Shown here: in pieces, positions 54,016-64,000 of the stretch
Layout: every line of letters starts with the position of its first letter
Position numbering within the stretch: the stretch's first letter is position 1
Notes under the pieces: model-generated
What the model was told of the DNA's origin: nothing
Databases searched by the model: none
Seen by the model: only the letters and a program-made list of their open reading frames with translations
NCBI RefSeq assembly: GCF_006345805.1
Contig: NC_042998.1
Location: 59,396,001 to 59,460,000, forward strand
Direction: 5' to 3'
Origin: Octopus sinensis
Lineage: Eukaryota
DNA length: 64,000 nt
Program-made: the position numbers and the translations under genes

Positions 54016-54069
<54 letters not shown>

Positions 54070-54435
54070 ATGTATATGTATATATATGCATATATGTATA
54101 TTTACGTATATATATCAATATATATATATATGTACATATAATAACAATTCAATAATTAAAACATATGCATACATACATACATATATGTACATACCTACAT
54201 CTATATGTACATATACATGCATATATGAGTACAGGATACCACAAATAAACGTTGAACACAACGAGAAACGAAAATAAAAACAAAACAAGGAAACCGAATT
54301 TTTTTAACAACGAAAAAACAGAGTACAACACAACAACACAGGGAACATTCCCCTTCTTCAGATGCCCCTGTTTCGACTCATTGCGTGTTCCGAAGGTAAG
54401 GGCTGAACACGACTACACTGAAAAAGTCTTTCCCG

Positions 54436-54438
<3 letters not shown>
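53453..54438. repeat. Diverged inverted repeat, ~300-bp arms with an interrupted spacer
   Basis: gcccttaccttcg / cgaaggtaagggc and gtactctgttttttcgttg / caacgaaaaaacagagtac. ORFs 53471(-) and 54252(+) give similar peptides. Confidence 0.8.
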
Positions 54439-54494
<56 letters not shown>

Positions 54495-54540
54495 ATATGT
54501 AATATAGAAATATATATATATATATGTAAGGACAAAAAGG

Positions 54541-54590
<50 letters not shown>

Positions 54591-54593
<3 letters not shown>

Positions 54594-54810
54594 AGGCGCG
54601 TGGCTCGGTGGTTAAGGTGTCAGCACCATGATCGTACGATTGTGGTTTCGATTCCCTCACCGGGTAACGCGTTGTGTTCTTGAGCAAACACTTTCTTTCA
54701 CGTTAGTCCAGTCCACTGAGCTGGCGCAAATAAGTAACGCTGCAATGCACTGGCATTCCGTTCACCTGGGGAACACATACGCCTACGGAAACCGGGAAGC
54801 CGGGCCCATT
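54591..54810 (+). mobile_element. tRNA-derived SINE (V-domain-like core)
   Basis: tggaggcgcgtggctcggtggttaaggtgtc...gtggtttcgattccc...gttgtgttcttgagcaaacactt. Confidence 0.75.
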
Positions 54811-54902
54811 GTTTTTATATATATATATGCATATATATATATATATAAATATATATGTGTGTGTGTGGATGTATATATGTATATACATACATACATACAT
54901 AT

Positions 54903-54969
<67 letters not shown>

Positions 54970-55115
54970 ATACTTAAAGAAAACCTCTCTCATATAATAA
55001 TACTTATATATTATATATAATACTTAAAGAAAACCTCTCTCATATAGTGTTTGCTCAATTCAACTCACGAAAGTATGGGGGTAGAGACATTAAAAAATCA
55101 AATGCAAAGGTTATT

Positions 55116-55168
55116 TGAGAACGTACGTTTCAAGATTAGTCAAACTCGACACTTCTATCATCAGCTCA
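55116..55168 (-). ncRNA. Type I hammerhead ribozyme (559-bp family; first of 14 minus-strand copies)
   Basis: Minus tgag CTGATGA t AGA agt GTCG agtt TGAC taa TCT t GAAA CGTACG TT ctca. Stem I tgag/ctca, palindromic stem III ACGTACGT, GUU triplet. Confidence 0.8.
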
Positions 55169-58100
55169 GAACTCCCTGGTTTGGATTTGAAAACACTGAA
55201 AGTGGGAGCATACCCTTTCGGCTTCTTATCGCTTCTGAAGATCTGCTCGAAACTAACAGTGCCAGCAAACTCAAAAGTGCAAGCGAAGAATTCCTGCTCT
55301 CCCCTTTCCACCAGCGTGGGTTAAAATCAGTAAACACTATGCTTTTTTCGGTAAAATCCGAGGCATTATATAGAGAGAGATGAATAATAATTTCAACAAT
55401 TGAGGGTAAAATTAATTAATTAATCAATTTCACCAAGTGTTCAGTATACAAAGGGACCAATTAAGGCGAATTCAAATTATTACATTATATAAAAGGGCTT
55501 AGTAACATAAATTACTTTGCCGCATACTGAACTCATTAGAAATAGCAGCTAAAAAAAACTTTTTAAAAACTATTTCTAATACTTAAAGAAAACCTCTCTC
55601 ATATAGTGTTTGCTCAATTCAACTCACGAAAGTATGGGGGTAGAGACATTAAAAAATCAAATGCAAAGGTTATTTGAGAACGTACGTTTCAAGATTAGTC
55701 AAACTCGACACTTCTATCATCAGCTCAGAACTCCCTGATTTGGATTTGAAAACACTGAAAGTGGGAGCATACCCTTTCGGCTTCTTATCGCTTCTGAAGA
55801 TCTGCTCGAAACTAACAGTGCCAGCAAACTCAAAAATGCAAGCGAAGAATTCTGCTCTCCCCTTTCCACCAGCGTGGGTTAAAATCAGTAAACACTATGC
55901 TTTTTTCGGTAAAATCCGAGGCATTATATAGAGAGAGATGAATTATAATTTCAACAATTGAGGGTAAAATTAATTAATTAATCAATTTCACCAAGTGTTC
56001 AGTATGCAAAGGGACCAATTAAGGCGAATTCAAATTATTACATTATATAAAAGGGCTTAGTAAAATAAATTACTTTGCCGCATACTGAACTCATTAGAAA
56101 TAGCAGCTAAAAAAAACTTTTTTCAAACTATTTCTAATACTTAAAGAAAACCTCTCTCATATAGTGTTTGCTCAATTCAACTCACGAAAGTATGGGGGTA
56201 GAGACATTAAAAAATCAAATGCAAAGGTTATTTGAGAACGTACGTTTCAAGATTAGTCAAACTCGACACTTCTATCATCAGCTCAGAACTCCCTGGTTTG
56301 GATTTGAAAACACTGAAAGTGGGAGCATACCCTTTCGGCTTCTTATCGCTTCTGAAGATCTGCTCAAAACTAACAGTGCCAGCAAACTCAAAAGTGCAAG
56401 CGAAGAATTCTGCTCTCCCCTTTCCACCAGCGTGGGTTAAAATCAGTAAACACTATGCTTTTTTCGGTAAAATCCGAGGCATTATATAGAGAGAGATGAA
56501 TTATAATTTCAACAATTGAGGGTAAAATTAATTAATTAATCAATTTCACCAAGTGTTCAGTATGCAAAGGGACCAATTAAGGCGAATTCAAATTATTACA
56601 TTATATAAAAGGGCTTAGTAAAATAAATTACTTTGCCGCATACTGAACTCATTAGAAATAGCAGCTAAAAAAAACTTTTTTCAAACTATTTCTAATACTT
56701 AAAGAAAACCTCTCTCATATAGTGTTTGCTCAATTCAACTCACGAAAGTATGGGGGTAGAGACATTAAAAAATCAAATGCAAAGGTTATTTGAGAACGTA
56801 CGTTTCATGATTAGTCAAACTCGACACTTCTATCATCAGCTCAGAACTCCCTGATTTGGATTTGAATACACTGAACGTGGGAGCATACCCTTTCGGCTTC
56901 TTATCGCTTCTGAAGATCTAGTCGAAACTAACAGTGCCAGCAAACTCAAAAATGCAAGCGAAGAATTCCTGCTCTCCCCTTTCCACCAGCGTGGGTTAAA
57001 ATAAGTAAACACTATGCTTTTTTCGGTAAAATCCGAGGCATTATATAGAGAGAGATGAATTATAATTTCAACTATTGAGGGTAAAATTAATTAATTAATC
57101 AATTTCACCAAGTGTTCAGTATGCAAAGGGACCAATTAAGGCGAATTCAAATTATTACATTATATAAAAGGGCTTAGTAAAATAAATTACTTTGCCGCAT
57201 ACTGAACTCATTAGAAATAGCAGCTAAAAAAAACTTTTTTCAAACTATTTCTAATACTTAAAGAAAACCTCTCTCATATAGTGTTTGCTCAATTCAACTC
57301 ACGAAAGTATGTGGATAGAATCATTAAAAAATCAAATGCAAAGGTTATTTGAGAACGTACGTTTCAAGATTAGTCAAACTCGACACTTCTATCATCAGCT
57401 CAGAACTCCCTGGTTTGGATTTGAAAACACTGAAAGTGGGAGCATACCCTTTCGGCTTCTTATCGCTTCTGAAGATCTGCTCGAAACTAACAGTGCCAGC
57501 AAACTCAAAAATGCAAGCGAAGAATTCCTGCTCTCCCCTTTCCAACAGCGTGGGTTAAAATCAGTAAACACTATGCTTTTTTCGGTAAAATCCGAGGTAT
57601 TATATAGAGAGAGATGAATTATAATTTCAACAATTGAGGGTAAAATTAATTAATTAATCAATTTCACCAAGTGTTCAGTATACAAAGGGACCAATTAAGG
57701 CGAATTCAAATTATTACATTATATAAAAGGGCTTAGTAACATAAATTACTTTGCAGCATACTGAACTCATTAGAAATAGCAGCTAAAAAAACCTTTTTCA
57801 AACTATTTCTAATACTTAAAGAAAACCTCTCTCATATAGTGTTTGCTCAATTCAACTCACGAAAGTATGGGGGTAGAGACATTAAAAAATCAAATGCAAA
57901 GGTTATTTGAGAACGTACGTTTCAAGATTAGACAACTCGACACTTCTATCATCACTCAGAACTCCCTGGTTTGGATTTGAAAACACTGAAGTGGGAGCAT
58001 ACCCTTTCGGCTTCTTATCGCTTCTGGAAGATCTGCTCGAAACTAACAGTGCCAGCAAACTCAAAAATGCAAGCGAAGAATCCTGCTCTCCCCTTTCCAC

Positions 58101-61100
58101 AGCGTGGGTTAAAATCAGTAAACACTATGCTTTTTTCGGTAAAATCCGAGGATTATAGAGAGAGAGATGAATTATAATTTCAACAATTGAGGGTAAAATT
58201 AATTAATTAATCAATTTCACCAATTGTTCAGTATACAAAGGACCAATTAAGGCGAATTCAATTATTACATTATATAAAAGGGCTTAGTAACATAAATTAC
58301 TTTGCCGCATACTGAACTCATTAGAAATAGCAGCTAAAAAAACTTTTTTAAAACTATTTCTAATACTTAAAGAAAACCTCTCTCATATAGTGTTTGCTCA
58401 ATTCCTCACGAATGGTTGGGGGTAGAGACATTAAAAAATCAAATGCAAAGGTTATTTGAGAACGTACTTTCAAGATTAGTCAAACTCGACACTTCTATCA
58501 TCAGCTCAGAACTCCCTGGTTTGGATTTGAAAACACTGAAAGTGGGAGCATACCCTTTCGGCTTCTTATCGCTTCTGAAGATCTGCTCGAAACTAACAGT
58601 GCCAGGAAACTCAAAAATGCAAGCGAAGAATTCCTGCTCTCCCCTTTCCACCAGCGTGGGTTAAAATCAGTAAAAACTATGCATTTTTCGGTAAAATCCG
58701 AGGTATTATATAGAGAGAGATGAATTATAATTTCAACAATTGAGGGTAAAATTAATTAATTAATCAATTTCACCAAGTGTTCAGTATACAAAGGGACCAA
58801 TTAAGGCGAATTCAAATTATTACATTATATAAAAGGGCTTAGTAACATAAATTACTTTGCCGCATACTGAACTCATTAGAAATAGCAGCTAAAAAAAACT
58901 TTTTTCAAACTATTTCTAATACTTAAAGAAAACCTCTCTCATATAGTGTTTGCTCAATTCAATTCACGAAAGTATGGGGGTAGAGACATTAAAAAATCAA
59001 ATGCAAAGGTTATTTGAGAACGTACGTTTCAAGATTAGTCAAACTCGACACTTCTATCATCAGCTCAGAACTCCCTGGTTTGGATTTGAAAACACTGAAA
59101 GTGGGAGCATACCCTTTCGGCTTCTTATCGCTTCTGAAGATCTGCTCGAAACTAACAGTGCCAGCAAACTCAAAAATGCAAGCGAAGAATTCCTGCTCTC
59201 CCCTTTCCACCAGCGTGGGTTAAAATCAGTAAACACTATGCTTTTTTCGGTAAAATCCGAGGCATTATATAGAGAGAGATGAATTATAATTTCAACAATT
59301 GAGGGTAAAATTAATTAATTAATCAATTTCACCAAGTGTTCAGTATGCAAAGGGACCAATTAAGGCGAATTCAAATTATTACATTATATAAAAGGGCTTA
59401 GTAAAATAAATTACTTTGCCGCATACTGAACTCATTAGAAATAGCAGCTAAAAAAAACTTTTTTAAAACTATTTCTAATACTTAAAGAAAACCTCTCTCA
59501 TATAGTGTTTGCTCAATTCAACTCACGAAAGTATGGGGATAGAATCATTAAAAAATCAAATGCAAAGGTTATTTGAGAACGTACGTTTCAAGATTAGTCA
59601 AACTCGACACTTCTATCAACAGCTCAGAACTCCCTGGTTTGGATTTGAAAACACTGAAAGTGGGAGCATACCCTTTCGGCTTCTTATCGCTTCTGAAGAT
59701 CTGCTCGAAACTAACAGTGCCAGCAAACTCAAAAATGCAAGCGAAGAATTCCTGCTCTCCCCTTTCCAACAGCGTGGGTTAAAATCAGTAAACACTATGC
59801 TTTTTTCGGTAAAATCCGAGGCATTATATAGAGAGAGATGAATTATAATTTCAACAATTGAGGGTAAAATTAATTAATTAATCAATTTCACCAAGTGTTC
59901 AGTATACAAAGGGACCAATTAAGGCGAATTCATATTATTACATTATATAAAAGGACTTAGTAACATAAATTACTTTGCCGCATACTGAACTCATTAGAAA
60001 TAGCAGCTAAAAAAACCTTTTTCAAACTATTTCTAATACTTAAAGAAAACCTCTCTCATATAGTGTTTGCTCAATTCAACTCACGAAAGTATGGGGGTAG
60101 AGACATTAAAAAATCAAATGCAAAGGTTATTTGAGCACGTACGTTTCAAGATTAGACAAACTCGACACTTCTATCATCAGCTCAGAACTCCCTGGTTTGG
60201 ATTTGAAAACACTGAAAGTGGGAGCATACCCTTTCGGCTTCTTATCGCTTCTGAAGATCTGCTCGAAACTAACAGTGCCAGCAAACTCAAAAATGCAAGC
60301 GAAGAATTCCTGCTCTCCCCTTTCCACCAGCGTGGGTTAAAATCAGTAAACACTATGCTTTTTTCGGTAAAATCCGAGGTATTATATAGAGAGAGATGAA
60401 TTATAATTTCAACAATTGAGGGTAAAATTAATTAATTAATCAATTTCACCAAGTGTTCAGTATACAAAGGGACCAATTAAGGCGAATTCATATTATTACA
60501 TTATATAAAAGGACTTAGTAACATAAATTACTTTGCCGCATACTGAACTCATTAGAAATAGCAGCTAAAAAAACCTTTTTCAAACTATTTGTAATACTTA
60601 AAGAAAACCTCTCTCATATAGTGTTTGCTCAATTCAACTCACGAAAGTATGGGGGTAGAGACATTAAAAAATCAAATGCAAAGGTTATTTGAGCACGTAC
60701 GTTTCAAGATTAGACAAACTCGACACTTCTATCATCAGCTCAGAACTCCCTGGTTTGGATTTGAAAACACTGAAAGTGGGAGCATACCCTTTCGGCTTCT
60801 TATCGCTTCTGAAGATCTGCTCGAAACTAACAGTGCCAGCAAACTCAAAAATGCAAGCGAAGAATTCCTGCTCTCCCCTTTCCACCAGCGTGGGTTAAAA
60901 TCAGTAAACACTATGCTTTTTTCGGTAAAATCCGAGGTATTATATAGAGAGAGATGAATTATAATTTCAACAATTGAGGGTAAAATTAATTAATTAATCA
61001 ATTTCACCAAGTGTTCAGTATACAAAGGGACCAATTAAGGCGAATTCAAATTATTACATTATATAAAAGGGCTTAGTAACATAAATTACTTTCCCGCATA

Positions 61101-62561
61101 CTGAACTCATTAGAAATAGCAGCTAAAAAAAACTTTTTTCAAACTATTTCTAATACTTAAAGAAAACCTCTCTCATATAGTGTTTGCTCAATTCAACTCA
61201 CGAAAGTATGGGGGTAGAGACATTAAAAAATCAAATGCAAAGGTTATTTGAGAACGTACGTTTCAAGATTAGTCAAACTCGACACTTCTATCATCAGTTC
61301 AGAACTCCCTGGTTTGGATTTGAAAACACTGAAAGTGGGAGCATACCCTTTCGGCTTCTTATTGCTTCTGAAGATCTGCTCGAAACTAATAGTGCCAGCA
61401 AACTCAAAAATGCAAGCGAAGAATTCCTGCTCTCCCCTTTCCACCAGCGTGGGTTAAAATCAGTAAACACTATGCTTTTTTCGGTAAAATCCGCGGCATT
61501 ATATAGAGAGAGATGAATTATAATTTCAACAATTGGGGGTAAAATTAATTAATTAATCAATTTCACCAAGTGTTCAGTATACAAAGGGACCAATTAAGGC
61601 GAATTCAAATTATTACATTATATAAAAGGGCTTAGTAACATAAATTACTTTGCCGCATACTGAACTCATTAGAAATAGCAGCTAAAAAAAACTTTTTTCA
61701 AACTATTTCTAATACTTAAAGAAAACCTCTCTCATATAGTGTTTGCTCAATTCAACTCACGAAAGTATGGGGGTAGAGACATTAAAAAATCAAATGCAAA
61801 GGTTATTTGAGAACGTACGTTTCAAGATTAGTCAAACTCGACACTTCTATCATCAGCTCAGAACTCGCTGATTTGGATTTGAAAACACTGAAAGTGGGAG
61901 CATACCCTTTCGGCTTCTTATCGCTTCTGAAGATCTGCTCGAAACTAACAGTGCCAGCAAACTCAAAAATGCAAGCGAAGAATTCCTGCTCTCCCCTTTC
62001 CACCAGCGTGGGTTAAAATCAGTAAACACTATGCTTTTTTCGGTAAAATCCGAGGCATTATATAGAGAGAGATGAATTATAATTTCAACAATTGAGGGTA
62101 AAATTAATTAATTAATCAATTTCACCAAGTGTTCAGTATGCAAAGGGACCAATTAAGGCGAATTCAAATTATTACATTATATAAAAGGGCTTAGTAAAAT
62201 AAATTACTTTGCCGCATACTGAACTCATTAGAAATAGCAGCTAAAAAAAACTTTTTTAAAACTATTTCTAATACTTAAAGAAAACCTCTCTCATATAGTG
62301 TTTGCTCAATTCAACTCACGAAAGTATGGGGATAGAGACATTAAAAAATCAAATGCAAAGGTTATTTGAGAACGTACGTTTCAAGATTAGTCAAACTGGA
62401 CACTTCTATCATCAGCTCAGAACTCCCTGGTTTGGATTTGAAAACACTGAAAACACTGAGTTTGCTGGCACTGTTAGTTTCGAGCAGATCTTCAGAAGCG
62501 ATAAGAAGCCGAAAGGGTATGCTCCCACTTTCAGTGTTTTCAAATCCAAACCAGGGAGTTC

Positions 62562-62614
62562 TGAGCTGATGATAGAAGTGTCGAGTCTGACTAATCTTGA
62601 AACGTACGTTCTCA
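62562..62614 (+). ncRNA. Type I hammerhead ribozyme (559-bp family, inverted arm)
   Basis: tgagCTGATGAtagaagtgtcgagtctgactaatcttGAAACGTACGTTctca. Confidence 0.8.
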
Positions 62615-63120
62615 AATAACCTTTGCATTTGATTTTTTAATGTCTCTACCCCCATACTTTCGTGAGTTGAATTGAGCAAACACTATATGAGAGAGGTTTT
62701 CTTTAAGTATTAGAAATAGTTTGAAAAAAGTTTTTTTTAGCTGCTATTTCTAATGAGTTCAGTATGCGGCAAAGTAATTTATTTTACTAAGCCCTTTTAT
62801 ATAATGTAATAATATGAATTCGCCTTAATTGGTCCCTTTGCATACTGAACACTTGGTGAAATTGATTAATTAATTAATTTTATTCTCAATTGTTGAAATT
62901 ATAATTCATCTCTCTATATATAATGCCTCGGATTTTACCGAAAAAAGCATAGTGTTTACTGATTTTAACCCACGCTGGTGGAAAGGGGAGAGCAGGAATT
63001 CTTCGCTTGCATTTTTGAGTTTGCTGGCACTGTTAGTTTCGAGCAGATCTTCAGAAGCGATAAGAAGCCGAAAGGGTATGCTCCCACTTTCAGTGTTTTC
63101 AAATCCAAACCAGGGAGTTC

Positions 63121-63173
63121 TGAGCTGATGATAGAAGTGTCGAGTTTGACTAATCTTGAAACGTACGTTCTCA
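63121..63173 (+). ncRNA. Type I hammerhead ribozyme (559-bp family, inverted arm)
   Basis: tgagCTGATGAtagaagtgtcgagtttgactaatcttGAAACGTACGTTctca. Confidence 0.8.
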
Positions 63174-63413
63174 AATAACCTTTGCATTTGATTTTTTAAT
63201 GTCTCTACCCCCATACTTTCGTGAGTTGAATTGAGCAAACACTATATGAGAGAGGTTTTCTTTAAGTATTAGAAATAGTTTTAAAAAAGTTTTTTTAGCT
63301 GCTATTTCTAATGAGTTCAGTATGCGGCAAAGTAATTTATTTTACTAAGCCCTTTTATATAATATATATATATACATATAATCAAAATAAGCAAAAAGAA
63401 TGACTCCGGTAAT

Positions 63414-63500
63414 TTGGTACGATCGTTTCGAACTAGATAATTTTATCAAATAATGTAATTATTACAACAGTTTTTAAAATGCTGAGTACTCCTCAGCCAA
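63414..63500 (-). ncRNA. Type I hammerhead with long stem II (diverged copy)
   Basis: Minus ttgg CTGAGGA gtac...gttc GAAA CGATCG TA ccaa; one mismatch at the base of stem II. Confidence 0.65.
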
Positions 63501-63645
63501 TTATAGAGGTTTTCCATTAATACAAAAATTTTCATATCAAGTGGCAATATTATAGAGAAATCCACATCTTTGCCTATGTATCTACCTTCTCTATAATATT
63601 GCCACTTGATCTGAAAATTTTTGTATTAATGGAAAACCTCTATAA

Positions 63646-63732
63646 TTGGCTGATGAGTACTCAGCATTTTAAAAACTGTTGTAATACCTAAAACATTTAA
63701 TAAAATGATGTAGTACGAAACGATCGTACCAA
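63646..63732 (+). ncRNA. Type I hammerhead with long stem II
   Basis: ttgg CTGATGA(63650) GTAC..catttta..taaaatg..GTAC GAAA(63717) CGATCG TA ccaa. Palindromic stem III, GUA triplet. Confidence 0.85.
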
Positions 63733-63892
63733 ATTACCGGAGTCATTCTTGTTGCTTATTTTGATTATAATCACCCCACGGTTTTTTATGGATAACACCA
63801 TACAGAATTCTGGGGCATCTAAATAAAGTACCATATTCGTTTGAATCTAAACTTTTGCTGAACTTATACACACACACACACACACACACGCT

Positions 63893-63925
<33 letters not shown>

Positions 63926-63930
63926 CACAC

Positions 63931-63985
<55 letters not shown>

Positions 63986-64000
63986 ACTCTGTCTTCGTAC

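Larger units (their letters stand above)
54968..63365. repeat. ~559-bp tandem array with one hammerhead per monomer: 13 full units plus a partial one, then ~1.6 inverted units (retrozyme-like)
   Basis: Unit start tacttaaagaaaacctctctcatatagtg recurs at about 55021, 55580, 56138, 56696, 57255, 57813, 58364, 58920, 59479, 60037, 60595, 61154, 61713 and 62272. Orientation flips at ~62458. (TA)n on both flanks. Confidence 0.97.
63377..63769. repeat. Foldback (~185-bp arms, ~27-bp spacer) with a hammerhead in each arm
   Basis: tataatcaaaataagc..gaatgactccggtaatttggtacgatcgtttcg pairs with its reverse complement ending at 63769. Confidence 0.9.

Noticed and set aside
55021-62458. CRISPR array or rDNA/5S/snRNA tandem cluster
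   Set aside because: Units are entirely repeated with no unique spacers, there are no cas genes, the context is eukaryotic, and I recognise no rRNA, snRNA or tRNA sequence in the unit.
55051-63238. Repeated 66-110 aa ORFs in the 559-bp array as protein genes
   Set aside because: Mostly non-ATG starts, no recognisable domain, overlapping frames, and freely frameshifted between units.

Overview
This is AT-rich, microsatellite-dense eukaryotic DNA with no recognisable host gene. The SINE families resemble octopod OK/OR SINEs, so it is most likely an Octopus genome (inference). Most ORFs in the track are artefacts of (TA)n, (CA)n and (CATA)n runs or of tandem repeats. Recognisable elements: two near-full-length mariner copies, a decayed Gypsy LTR element, CR1, Tx1/L1 and R4/Dong LINE fragments, Tc1 and maT fragments, non-autonomous Helitrons, many SINEs and several foldbacks. 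The main finding is five sequence-distinct repeat families carrying type I hammerhead ribozyme (HHR) motifs: CUGANGA...GAAA core, very short and mostly palindromic stem III, UH cleavage site. The largest is an ~8.4-kb array of a ~559-bp non-coding monomer with one HHR per monomer and a terminal inversion (54968-63365). The arrays at 1-1028 and 42155-42820 have the same tandem-plus-inversion layout, and 63377-63769 is an HHR foldback. Together with decayed GIY-YIG (Penelope-like) remnants, this points to a retrozyme / Penelope-dependent self-cleaving RNA system. All structures were read by eye; no folding or database searches were run, and boundaries are approximate.
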